Shown here: piece after piece, positions 51,949 through 64,000 of the stretch | Numbering within the stretch: position 1 is the first letter of the stretch | Layout of the letters: each line of letters opens with the position of its first letter | Source of the DNA: Octopus sinensis | Taxonomy: Eukaryota | DNA length: 64,000 nt | Direction: 5' to 3' | Assembly: GCF_006345805.1 (NCBI RefSeq) | Contig: NC_043003.1 | Location: forward strand, 107,136,001 to 107,200,000 | Notes under the pieces: generated by a model | What the model saw: the letters and a program-made list of their open reading frames with translations, nothing else | Told to the model about the DNA's origin: nothing | Databases searched by the model: none | Program-made: the position numbers and the translations under genes

Positions 51949-53457
51949 GTGGAGGCGCAATGGCCTAGTGGTTAGGGTAGCGGACTCACGGTTGTAGGAT
52001 CGCAGTTTCGATTCCCAGACCGGGCGTTGTGAGTGTTTATTGAGCGAAAACACCTAAATCTCCACGAGGCTCCGGCAGGGGGTGGTGGCGATCCCTGCTG
52101 AACTCTTTCACCACAACTTTCTCTTATTCTTTCTTCTGTTGGCCTGCATGCTTAGCCAGCGGGGTGGCGTCTTTTGAAGGCTAAAACAATGTGAAGCGCA
52201 TTGTGACCAGCGATATGTAGCAACAACTGATAGCCTGGTCGGTCACGGTGATCACGGTGATATATACTCTTTTTTTTACTCTTTTACTTGTTTCAGTCAT
52301 TTGACTGCGGTCATGCTGGAGCACCGCCTTTAGTCGAGCAAATCGACCCCGGGACTTATTCTTTGTAAGCCCAGTACTTATTTTATCGGTCTCTTTTGTC
52401 GAACCGCTAAGTGACGGGGACGTAAGCACACCAGCATCGGTTGTCAAGCAATGCTAGGGGGACAAATACAGACATACAAACATATACACACACACTTATA
52501 TATATATACATATATACGACAGGCTTCTTTCAGTTTCCGTCTACCAAATCCACTCACAAGGCATTGGTCGGCCCGAGGCTATAGTAAAAGACACTTGCCC
52601 AAGGTGCCACGCAGTGGGACTGAACCCGGAACCATGTGGTTGGTAAACAAGCTACTTACCACTCAGCCACTCCTACGCCTATATATATATATTATATATA
52701 TATATATAATAATGTGGAGGCGCAATGGCCTAGTGGTTAGGGTAGCGGACTCACGGTTGTAGGATCGCAGTTTCGATTCCCAGACCGGGCGTTGTGAGTG
52801 TTTATTGAGCGAAAACACCTAAATCTCCACGAGGCTCCGGCAGGGGGTGGTGGCGATCCCTGCTGAACTCTTTCACCACAACTTTCTCTTATTCTTCTTT
52901 CTTCTTTTGGCCTGCATGCTTAGCCAGCGGGGGTGCGTCTTTTGAAGGCTAAAACAATGTGAAGCGCATTGTGACCAGCGATATGTAGCAACAACTGATA
53001 GCCTGGTCGGTCACGGTGATCATCACGGTGATATATACTCTTTTTTTTTACTCTTTTACTTGTTTCATTCAGTCATTTGACTGCGGTCATGCTGGAGCAC
53101 CGCTTTAGTCGAGCAAATCGACCCCGGTACTTATTCTTTGTAAGCCCAGTACTATTTTTATCGTTCTCTTTTGGTCGAACCGCTAAGTGACGGGGAGTAA
53201 GCACACCAGCATCGGTTGTCAAGCAATGCTAGGGGGACAAATACAGACATACAAACATATACACACACACACTTATATATATATACATATATACGACAGG
53301 CTTCTTTCAGTTTCCGTCTACCAAATCCACTCACAAGGCATTGGTCGGCCCGAGGCTATAGTAAAAGACACTTGCCCAAGGTGCCACGCAGTGGGACTGA
53401 ACCCGGAACCATGTGGTTGGTAAACAAGCTACTTACCACTCAGCCACTCCTACGCCT
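51946..53457. repeat. About 765-bp tandem duplication of a SINE-C(+)/SINE-A(-) pair
   Basis: 51946-52679 aligns with 52711-53457; differences are mostly small indels. Confidence 0.92.
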
Positions 53458-53710
53458 ATATATATATATATATATATATATACATACAAAGTATGGGAGT
53501 TTATCTCACAAGTGATATAAAAGACTAGGTATGCTGGGTAAGTGCTGAAACGGATTACTAGGACTCCAAGGTTATAGCCGAGAGAGTAGTTATGGATCCA
53601 TTCAGATTCCCGTTGCATCGGATATATAATTGTTAAAGAAGACAACAGACGTTAAGGCAAGGCAAACATCTTAAGTCGCACACAATATTATTATTGGAAA
53701 ACAATTCAAA

Positions 53711-53767
53711 GTCTTACAGTTGTTTCTGGGATATCTCTGAGTATGGGATATTCCGTCATCAGTAGTT
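53711..53767 (-). ncRNA. Hammerhead-like motif, canonical core, weak stem I
   Basis: Minus strand CTGATGA-C-GGAATATC(ccatactcaga)GATATCCC-A-GAAA-CAACTG-TA-agac. Confidence 0.5.
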
Positions 53768-54119
53768 ATGTTTGCTTTATCAGGATTTTAACACACATGG
53801 ATCTATGCAGGATTGCTCCTAAAGACTCATGCTCTGATTTCTATAACTTCAGAAAGTTGAACTGTGAACTTTTATGCTTCTTTTTTCACCTGTCTTTCCT
53901 CCTCCTTATTCTTTTACTCCCTTCCTCTATGTCGTCATCTCATTAATATACACCATTCTCATTTTCCCTATTTTTTTCCTTATTTGTCACTGATGACGAA
54001 GCAGTGGTTAAGCAAGGACCAGCTCCCAGAGCCTGTTTATATTGCTTGTATTTATACTAAAATATATAAAGAGTCTTAATGTTAGTTACATCAACAGAAT
54101 AATGTTTGCCTCTCAAACC

Positions 54120-54495
54120 CTCTTTCATGGGGCCAAAGAGATGATAGTGTGAAGGCACTAGATTATTCCAGTGACAAGGAAATGAAAATTGTAGTGAAGA
54201 AATGGCTCAAAGAACACCATCATCATTGTTTAACGTCTGTTTTCCATGCTGGCATGGGTTGGATGGGGTCTGGGAAGCCAGGAGGCTGCACCAGTCAACA
54301 GAATTTTATGAGGCAGGGATACATGCCCTCATTTGAAGGTGAAACATTGTTATTGAGAGAAATGGTGACTATATTGAGAAGTAGGGATGTAATCCACAGA
54401 GGACCAGCTTCATTTTGATGTATGATACATGTTCCTATGTGGGTAATTATACCTGCCCTAAACAAAATGGGATTACTTTTTGACTCACCCTCGTA
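54120..54495 (+). mobile_element. Mariner 3' end with TIR, split by a family D insertion (about 54197-54293)
   Basis: DYSSDKEMKIVVKKWLKE [insert] STEFYEAGIHALI*R..IERNGDYIEK*. Ends ttactttttgactcaccctcgta (mariner-type TIR). Confidence 0.8.
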
Positions 54496-54849
54496 TGTAC
54501 ATGTGCACGTGTGCTGCATGTGTGTCACATTCGCCAACATCAGCTTCATGAACTCATCACATAGATCACATTCTTAGATTTATCCCCAGCCTCCTCTCCC
54601 AGCTCTCCTTCACTCATCTCCCTTCCTCTCCCTCCCCCTCTCTCTCAATCTGCCTATGTGGTTGTCTATTTTCTTTTCTATGTGGGTGTGTGGACTAACA
54701 TTCCCACATCACAGGCTTCCACATATACATATATGCATATACATACACACACACAAACTCACACACACACAAACATACACACAAGTGCGCACACATATAT
54801 ATATTAATTATATACATATGCATTGCATATATAAATATATGCGTAGTGT

Positions 54850-55145
54850 TTCGATTAACACTATGAGATCAGAGTCTTCCAGATACATATACATATACAC
54901 ACATACATATATATATATATGTGTTTGTACATATATATATACATACACACATGCATATATTTCTATGTAAATTTGTGTGTATATATATATATATAATATA
55001 TATAATATATATATATATGTATGTATATATATTGTATATATATATATACATATATGTGTGTGTGTGAACATATATATATATAATATATATGTGTGTGTGT
55101 GTGAACATATATATATATATATACATATACATGTATATGTATGTG

Positions 55146-55189
<44 letters not shown>

Positions 55190-55259
55190 TATGTATATGT
55201 ATGTATATATATATATATATATATAGATAGATAGATAGATACACATATATAAATACATA

Positions 55260-55316
<57 letters not shown>

Positions 55317-55318
55317 GC

Positions 55319-55351
<33 letters not shown>

Positions 55352-55370
55352 GGTATGTATGTATATACAT
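54850..55370. repeat. Long (TA)n/(CA)n/(TG)n tract; similar tracts at 8120-8400, 34560-34870, 41400-41950, 42270-42580
   Basis: Visible repeats; source of the YIYIY ORFs. Confidence 0.95.
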
Positions 55371-56179
55371 ATATATCTGCCTTACTCACCCACTCTTTAT
55401 ACTTCTTCTCAATCAATGAGTTTATATTTTGTTTTGGGGAGGTTTTGTTCATTTTGTGGGGAGGAGGAGTAGGAGGAGGAGAGAGCACTTTTTTCTCTTT
55501 TCTATTTATTTTTTTCTTTTCTAAAGTCAATCCATCTCATTGGAAATACTTTATCAATCAATTATGATCAAAACTAGTAGGAAAACACATCAATTAAACA
55601 ATCATTAATCGATCTAACCAATTAAGGTAACATGTTCTCACCTGATAAATTGATCATAATGTTTGTATTGTCTCGCAATACTAACAAATCCCAAAATTAT
55701 GGCAACAAAATAAAAAGTGAGAAATGAGTGATGTGGGGCGGGGGGGAAAGTATTTTTCTTAACAATTTGTTTTATTTTTGTCATTTAACTTCTTTCCTTC
55801 ATCTCGTTCTCATCAACAGCATCATCACTATCATCATCAACATCATTATCATCATTTTACTAATTTCCAAGTGTCAATTCTTAAAAGAAAATCATTAAAT
55901 TGAAAGCAAATACACACAGCCACACACAGCCACACACACACACGTGCTCATACACATTGGCACTGAGTTAACGAGAGTAACATTAAGCTGTGCCATTAAA
56001 AGATGGAACTCACAGAAAGGCACTCTCAGAGCTTTATTTCAAAGATAATCAATAATTCTATAGTTACAGAAGCTTCGCGAAAATTTCGAACTGACAAAAA
56101 AATCCTCTAGGATTTTGGGATTCAAAGAAAAACTCCCTTCTGCTGCAAGTGGTATCAGTGTAAAGGTATGTGAAGACAA

Positions 56180-56214
<35 letters not shown>

Positions 56215-56286
56215 CACGGTACACAAACACAAACACATACATAAACAGACACACCACTACGACCATCATCGTCGTCGTCGTCATCG

Positions 56287-56332
<46 letters not shown>

Positions 56333-56749
56333 TGTCATCATCATCATCATCGTTATCATCATCATCTTAATGTCCACTTTTCCATGTTTGCATGGGTCAG
56401 ATGGGGTTTATTTGGGGCAGATGTCCCCTGGCCCTTCATGTTGTGAATGCTTGCCTGTTTCAAACCAAGGTCATATCTCCCCATAGCTAGATGTGATATT
56501 GCAGAATGTTGGAAATAAACAACACTGCTTGTATGACAGTGACACTCATTTACAATTACCATGTGACATCAAGGTAAGGAGACACAAACAGCGTAACTGT
56601 AGTGCAATGACCAAAGCACGTAAAAGATACTGAAAAAGCACTCCTAAGAAATACCATTTTTTATTTCTTTATTGCCCATAAGGGGCTAAACATAGAGGGG
56701 ACAAACAAAGGCAGACAAAGGGATTAAGTCGATTACATCAACCCCCAGT

Positions 56750-57195
56750 GCATCATCATCATCATCATCTTCATCATTTAGCGTCCGCTTTCCATGCTAG
56801 CATGGGTTGGACGGTTCAACTGGGGTCTGTGAAGCCAGAAGGTTGCATCAGGCCCAGTCTGATCTGGCAGTGTTTCTACAGCTGGATGCCCTTACTAACG
56901 CCAACCACTCCGTGAGGGTAGTGGGTGCTTTTTACATGCCACCCACACAGGTGCCAGACGGAGCTGGCAAATGGCCATGGACGGATGGCGCTTTTTACGT
57001 GCCACCGGCACGGGGGCCAGGCGAGGCTGGCAAACGGCCACGGACGGATGGTGCTTTTTACGTGCCACCGGCACGGGGGCCAGGCAAGGCTGGCAACAGC
57101 CACGATCGGATGGTGCTTTTTACGTGCCACCGGCACGGGGGCCAGGCGAGGCTGGCAATGGCCATGAACGGATGGTGCTTTTTACATGCCACCGG
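56750..57195 (-). mobile_element. Family D copy with about four tandem 59-60-bp units, inserted into a SINE-B
   Basis: SINE-B tail at 56655-56750 resumes at about 57195. Unit gccaccggcacgggggccaggcgaggctggcaa..gatggtgctttttacgt. Confidence 0.85.
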
Positions 57196-57844
57196 GTATT
57201 TATTTAATCGACCTCAGAAGGGTGAAAGGCAAAGTCAACCTCAACAGAATTTGAACTCAGAACGTAGAGGCAGACGAAATACCACCAAGCAGACGAAATA
57301 CCGGCATTTCTGCCAAACGATTCTGCCAGCTCGCTGCCATTATTGATTTTAAAAATGATAATAACATGTACAATATTTGCATCAGGAAGCTGGCAGAATC
57401 ATTGGCACAATGTTTAGTACCGTTCCGTTTATCTTTACATTTTGAGTTCAAATGCTGCCAAGGTTGACTTTGCCTTTCAACATTTCGGGGTTGATAAAAA
57501 CAAGCACCAGTTAAGCACTGGGGTTCAATCAATTGATTTAAACCCTCCCCTCCCCCACTGATCTTGCTGGCCTTGTGCCAAAATTTGAAATCCATATGTG
57601 GATTCTTTTATTCTTCTACTTGTTCCAGTCATTTGACTGTGGCCATGCTAGAGCACTGCCTTAGATGGTGTTAATCGAACAAATCGACCCCAGGAACTAT
57701 TCTTTGTCAGCCTAGTACTTATTTTATCAGTCTCTTTTGCCGAACTGATAAGTTACAGGGACATAAACTCACCAACATCGGTTGTCAAGGAATGGTGGGG
57801 GGACAAATACACACACACACACAAATATATATATATATATACAC

Positions 57845-57890
<46 letters not shown>

Positions 57891-58067
57891 AGAGTTTACA
57901 AAAAAAAAAGACGAAGACAGGTGGTGTACAAAAAAAAACAGATGTATTAGTATAATGCTTAGGAATTGAAAAGTCTTTTATGTTTCGAGCCTATGCTCTT
58001 CTACAGAAAGGGACACAGAAAAAAACAAGGAGAAAAAAAAATGTGTGTAGTGACTAATATAACTAAT

Positions 58068-58713
58068 AAAACTACTAGGTGAAATTTGTTGATTTAATTA
58101 AATTAATTATCTTTCACCCTATATCTGTAATGATTATTTCACTCCCCTACAACAAAACTACGAATCTTTTTCGACATTATTATTTTGTGACTCACATGGT
58201 AGAAAAATTTGGAGGGAAATACGAATTCACTCATCTATATAAATGTGGATATGCTGATTAGCTTTTATATGTTCTGATGACGCATGGTCAGAACTATAAG
58301 GGGTAAGTTTTCCTAGCATTTCTAGATTTATTTATCGGAATATTATGTCGATGAAGGAAATGAATCTTAGGATTCTAATCCAGAAACGTACGTCCATAAT
58401 TATCGAAGACAGTGTGATTTCATTATTTTTCTTCCCTTTTTTTTTGCCATGTGTGAGTTACAAATATTGTTGCCTGTGGAGACATATTTCTGTAGAAAAA
58501 GGAAATAGTAGTCCTTTGGCTGCTATTTCTAAAATTTTCGGTATGCGGTCAAGCAACTTGTTGCAAAACCCTTATTGTTATAATTATATATAAAAAAACT
58601 TTTTGTATAAATTTTTACTGAATATGGTCCTTTTCCATACCAAAAAACTACTAGGTGAAATTTGTTGATTTTATTAAATTAATAATTTTTCACCCTATAT
58701 CTGTAATGATTAT
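58068..58713 (+). mobile_element. Unit bounded by 70-bp direct repeats (58068-58137 / 58644-58713, period 576) with an internal hammerhead-like motif
   Basis: Repeat aaaactactaggtgaaatttgttgattt..tttcaccctatatctgtaatgattat, 3 mismatches between copies. Confidence 0.75.
58342..58400 (+). ncRNA. Type-I hammerhead-like motif with variant core UCGAUGA
   Basis: ATTATG-TCGATGA-A-GGA.aat.GAATC(ttag)GATTC.taa.TCC-A-GAAA-CGTACG-TC-CATAAT. Confidence 0.65.
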
Positions 58714-59006
58714 ATATATATATATATATATATAATTTACATAAATTTAATGGTTATCGACAATTTTTTGTTTCAGCATATCTGGCATTAGAATTTTTCT
58801 TCTGCCCTTATCTTGTAAATTATATATAAATTTTACCTTTAAAGGCATTTCTTGATATGCTGGCCATTGATAAAATTTTTTTCCCGCAAAAAATTTTATC
58901 CTATATCAATTATATATATATATATATAACAAAATATTAGGGAATAAATCCAAACTTACAGGGAAGAATCAGATTTAGGATTGAATCCAATTTTATAGTA
59001 AAATAT

Positions 59007-59265
59007 TATATTATATTAAATTAGAGATAAAACCACTATTAGGCAAATCATACAATGAAAAACTTAAGCCAATACATAAGATTAATTAATTTATATTATT
59101 TAAATATATATCAAATTATTAAAAAAGATAATTAATTAATTATCTTTTTTAATAATTTTGATATATATTTAAATAATATAAATTAATTAATCTTATGTAT
59201 TGGCTTAAGTTTTTCATTGTATGATTTGCCTAATAGTGGTTTTATCTCTAATTTAATATAATATA
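59007..59265. repeat. Spacerless palindrome, 129/130-bp arms, centre at 59135/59136
   Basis: Arms are exact reverse complements apart from one extra T. Confidence 0.95.
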
Positions 59266-59877
59266 TATATATATATATATGGGACGTTTCTTCCAGTTTC
59301 CGTCTACCAAATCCCTCACAAGACTTTGACTGGCTCGAGGCTATAGTAAAAGACACTTGCCCAAGGTACCACGCAGTGGGACTGAACCAGGAACCATGTG
59401 GTTTGGAAGCAAGCTTCGTACCACACAGCCATGCCTGCACCAATCTGGAGAGAAAAGGAAGTATTTTTACAACCATTATCAGGTTGAATGAATGGCAGCA
59501 CAGAGTCTTTGTCATTCGTTTATTGGTCCACAGATGGTTGAATAATGGTAGCTGGGTAACAGTTATAATGGCTACAATAGTCTCTGCTATAATTAGATAT
59601 TGATGTGAAAGACCATTTAACAATAAACCAGTGTTAAATACACTTAGGATTCTGTAATTCTATCACCTTTGTAGCTGGCAGCATTCCCTTATGGGACTAT
59701 GTGACAGTCTGGCATTAATTACTGGTTTAATTAGAAGACAAACGGTTTTTTTGTTTTTTTAAAGAATTATGGTTTGCATAATTGTAAGATTAGAAACAAG
59801 AAGCTTAAAGGAACAATTTGTAAAGTTAGAGCTACCTATAAAGCATAACCTAATAACCTAACACTCTGAAAGATACC

Positions 59878-60108
59878 TATTTCGTTACTACCCATAAGGG
59901 GCTAAACATAGAGGGGACAATCAAGGACAGACATAGGTATTATGTCGATTACATCGACCCCAGTGTGTAACTGGTACTTAATTTATCGACCCCGAAAGGA
60001 TGAAAGGCAAAGTCGACCTAGCGGAATTTGAACTCACAACATAACGGCAGACGAAGTACCGCAAAGCATTTTGCCCGGTGTGCTAACGCTTCTGCTAGCT
60101 CACCGCCG
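59878..60108 (-). mobile_element. SINE-B with 12-bp TSD ctgaaagatacc
   Basis: TSD at 59866-59877 and 60109-60120. Confidence 0.88.
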
Positions 60109-60124
60109 CTGAAAGATACCAGCA

Positions 60125-60155
<31 letters not shown>

Positions 60156-60284
60156 CTATATATATATATATAATATATATATATATACATATACATATAC
60201 ATATACATATTCATATATATATATATTTGTGTGTGTGTGTGTGTGTGTGTATTTATATATATGTATATTTTCATATATATATAT

Positions 60285-60315
<31 letters not shown>

Positions 60316-60651
60316 GTATATGTATATATAGGGAGAATTCACAAAAAAACAAAAGACAAAGACAGGTGGTGCAGACAATAAACAGATGTATTAGTTTAAC
60401 ACTCGGGAAATGAAAAAGTCTTTAATGTTTCGACCCTACGCTTTTCCACAGAAAGAAACAGGGAGAGAAAAAAATATATATAAAATTGAAAAAAACTCAG
60501 TGGCTACTACTAACTTTAGGCCACAACAGACAGAGAGGATGTTCTTGAAGCCAAGAATTTGAACTTATGGAGACAATATTTACATATTGCCTGAGGAAAC
60601 ACAACTAGATCTCATAATGTAAGGAAGCAGTTACATCATCAAGTACCTGCA

Positions 60652-60689
60652 TGCCTGAAGAACTACGTTGCGTGGAAACAATTGTAGTG
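60652..60689 (+). ncRNA. Minimal hammerhead-like motif, canonical core; mutated homologue at 50628-50665
   Basis: CTGAAGA-AC-TACG(ttg)CGTG-GAAA-CAATTG-TA-gtg; stem I weak. Confidence 0.55.
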
Positions 60690-62014
60690 ATTGAAAATAA
60701 ATGTCTAACCATACCCCATTTTGTTGACTCCAAATTTTTTCAATTATCTATTTACGCACGACAGAAGCCCAAACACCAGCCTGGAAGTACGTATAATACT
60801 TCTACTGGATAGCAGAGGGTGAAATCTGAAAGTGTGGATAAGCTTTATACTGTACTCTACTATGTTCTTAACAAAATATACCATAACTATATATATATAT
60901 ATATATATATACATATATATATTCTTGGTTAATCTTAAAACACATATGTATACACATACGTATTCCCATACACACATTCACACATGAATGCATAGGCACA
61001 GAGATGCTTCCTCACATGCAAACACAACTGTATACACACATACAAACATATACATGCAATACATATGCACATGTGTGTATGTATACACACACACATGCAC
61101 ATATAGATAAGAATGTGGGAAAAGAGAAAATGGAAGTTTTGCAAAAGAAATTAACAGGAGATAAGTGAATGACTTTAATTATATGGAAGTGATTGCCAGT
61201 TCCTAAGAATAAATTTTTTTTCATGTATACACGAGATGAAAATATCTGTCTTAACATGGAGGGAAAGCCTTGGTTGCCTTGAATTTCTCATGATTAGATA
61301 TTATTGAAAACTGAAGCTTCACAACTTCTTACTCCAACTTCCTCATTACCATTCTTGTAATAATATGAATCTTAAGCCTTTTAAAGAAATCTGTTGTGTA
61401 ATTAAAGCGGCAATTAATGCCAGACAGCCACACTTCAGTGACAACTGACAATCTCATTAGGGAATCTCTTCCCTAATGGAATAGAATTATAGAATCCCAA
61501 GTATATTAGAACTGGTTTGTGGCTGATTGATCTTTCATAGAACAATTTAATTATAGCAGAAATTATTGCTAACCTATCACACTCAATCAGTAATTAACCA
61601 ATGAGTTAAGGAGGAGAGAGTATATAGACAGTGACTCAATCAGCTAAAATAACAACAATGAAATGTCCCTTCAATTACACAACAGAGCCTGAAAAATAGG
61701 AAAAATACATTGGATTCTGTAGACCTTGATACACTGTCTTGAGAAAAAGGATGGAATGATCACAATGAAATAGGTTTAATCAGAGAGAGTAAAAAAAGGC
61801 TATAGAATTGGGGATTCCAAAACTTGTTCGGAATTAGTTGTTGTTACATAGACTCAATAAGGCAGCAAGCTGAGCAGAATCATTAGAATGTTGGCCAAAA
61901 TGCTAAGTAGCATTGTTTCAGGTTCTTTACATTCTGAGTTCAAATCCTGCTGAGGTCAGCTCTGCCTTTCAACTCTTTGCAGGTCAATGAAATGAAATAA
62001 AGTACCAGTTAAGA

Positions 62015-62054
<40 letters not shown>

Positions 62055-62316
62055 CATGAAGGTACATGGCATAGTGGTTGGGTGTGCTGCACTCGCAATC
62101 ACGAGATCATGGTTTCGATTCCCAGACTAGCTGCATGTTGTATTCTTGAGCAAAACACTTCATTTCACATTGTTCCAGTCCACTCAGCTGTAAATGATTA
62201 ACCCTACAACAGACTAACCTTCTTATCAAGGGGAAGTGTTGGCCTTCTTGCCCAACCAGCAGGATGACATCATTCGAGAAGTATCTCAATAAAATATGAC
62301 ATACCTTCCATATACC

Positions 62317-62544
62317 TATTTCTTTATTACCCACAAGGGGCTAAACACAGAGGGGACAAACAAGGACAGACATAGGTATTAAGTCGATTAAATCGACCCT
62401 AGTGCATAACTGGTACTTAATTTATCGACCCCGAAAGGATGAAAGGCAAAGTCGACCTCGGCGGAATTTGAACTCACAACATAACGCAGACAAAATACCG
62501 CTAAGCATTTCGCCCGGCATGCTAACGTTTCTGCCAGCTCGCCG
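62317..62544 (-). mobile_element. SINE-B with 13-bp TSD ccttccatatacc
   Basis: TSD at 62304-62316 and 62545-62557. Confidence 0.88.
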
Positions 62545-62689
62545 CCTTCCATATACCCTGGTGGATACCAAAAGCAGTTAACCAAATAGCAACAGTGATG
62601 GTGCCAGAACATACCAGAGATTGGAACCAGCATTTACCAATGCTACAACTTTCACAGATTTAAACCAATTTCCACTCCAAGTCAGATCT

Positions 62690-62990
62690 GGTATGGAGGC
62701 ATGCACCATTGGAATGTGTTGTGGCATTCACTATTTGTTGGTGCATTCCTGGGATTTTTCTGGATGACCTGTTGAGCAGAATCCCAGTCTGTCCCCAATT
62801 CTGTGAGATACCGCCTCATTTTTCATACCCAAGTGGCATGTGGTTGACCGACACAAGCCAGCGACCCAGCTGGATCTGCTCCAAATGGTATAAAAATGGA
62901 GATTCCAGTTCTCCTACACACTTCCCATCCTGCTTAGAAGTGTTTTCAAAAACTGCATTGGAATAAACTAGGAATTAAAATTAATGGCAA
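62690..62990 (-). mobile_element. RTE/Expander-like LINE 3' remnant
   Basis: ADPAGSLACVGQPHATWV*KMRRYLTELGTDWDSAQQV, then an RTE-like terminal sequence ..catgcctccataccagatctgact. Confidence 0.6.
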
Positions 62991-63344
62991 ACTTTTCATG
63001 CAACTTCAATTTGAAGATAACATCGCACTTTTCAACTGTGTTACAACTAATTACTACACACACACTCACACACACACACACATTCCCTTGTTGCTCAGTT
63101 CTTGCCACACACCTTGCTCTCTCTGTGGCTCTCCTGTGATATGGACCACTTCCTCCTCTTCAATCAAACACTATCGTTGAGTGAGGGGGAGAAAGAGTGA
63201 AAGAGTGAGGGAGAAGGAGAGAGCTCAATGTCCTACAATGACATTTGCAATGTCCTCCCCCCCCACCTCCTCTTCATCACACTATCTTTGTAGGTTAACA
63301 CTTGAGAAGCCTTAGTAGAATACTTATCCTGTACTACTTATCCG

Positions 63345-63960
63345 GCTTAAGGTGGCAGGCTGGCAGAATCATTAGTGCACCAGGCAAAATGCGTAGCAGC
63401 ATTTCATCAATCTTTACGTTCTGAGTTCAAATTCTGCCAAGGTGGACATCCTTTCAGAGTTTTATGAAATAATTACCAATGAACATCCATTCAGGGTTGA
63501 TAAAACAATTACCTATTTCTTTACTACCCACAAGGGGCTAAACACAGAGAGGAAAAACAAGGACAAACGGTTTAAGTCGATTACATCAACCCCAGTGCAT
63601 AACTGGTACTTAATTTATCGACCCCGAAAGGATGAAAGGCCAAGTCGGCCTTGGCGGAATTTGAACTCAGAACCTAACGGCAGACGAAATACGGCTACGC
63701 ATTTCGCCCAGCGTGCTAACGTTTCTGCCAGCTCACCGCAATTACCAGTTAGTTACTGGTATTGATGTAATAGACTTACCCAACCCTCAAAATTGCTGGC
63801 CTTGTGCCAAAATGTGGAGCCCATCATCAGTAGCCACTTTCTTATTATATGCCCAAACCGTTTCCAGCCTTTTCTTTCTCATTATTTTCGTAACGATGTC
63901 TGTCAAGAGAAGATCAATTCTTACAGAAGTATTTCTCCCCTTGCCTTATGGTAGTGCAGC
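63345..63960. mobile_element. Nested SINE-B copies followed by a short RTE remnant on -
   Basis: SINE-B consensus. The minus strand at 63800-63900 resembles RKKRLEWFGHIIR with a frameshift. Confidence 0.6.
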
Positions 63961-64000
63961 CTGCAATAAAATGAGACAATTGGGAGCAGCTGTTTGGACT

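Noticed and set aside
62580-62966. Plus-strand RDWNQHLP (integrase-like) and minus-strand MPLGYE (IQCG-like) peptides
   Set aside because: The minus strand is better explained as an RTE LINE 3' end; both short matches are in stop-interrupted frames.

Overview
AT-rich, repeat-saturated animal genomic DNA. The SINE/LINE repertoire and very dense (TA)n/(CA)n/(GAT)n/(TAA)n microsatellites suggest an octopod cephalopod; this is an inference, not provable here. It is not prokaryotic: no operons, CRISPR array, rRNA or intact tRNA were seen. Only one host coding exon is well supported: 25969-26212 on the minus strand, matching the central coiled-coil region of IQCG/DRC9 (dynein regulatory complex). 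The rest is mainly three tRNA-derived SINE families (called A, B, C here), many 5'-truncated RTE LINE ends, CR1/L2-like and Dong/R4-like LINE remnants, Tc1/mariner (maT-like and mariner) remnants, MITE/Helitron-like elements and a 5'-truncated Penelope-like element (RT + GIY-YIG). There is also a 3.5-kb 16-bp minisatellite. Nearly all listed ORFs are microsatellite or repeat artefacts. The most notable hidden signal is at least 13 type-I hammerhead-ribozyme-like motifs from several different sequence families. Most have a self-complementary stem III (dimer-type), several have non-canonical core variants, and they sit in small (TA)n-embedded Penelope-like fold-back or direct-repeat units between about 33 and 61 kb, plus one at about 9.3 kb. 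All alignments and folds were done by eye; most repeat boundaries are approximate.
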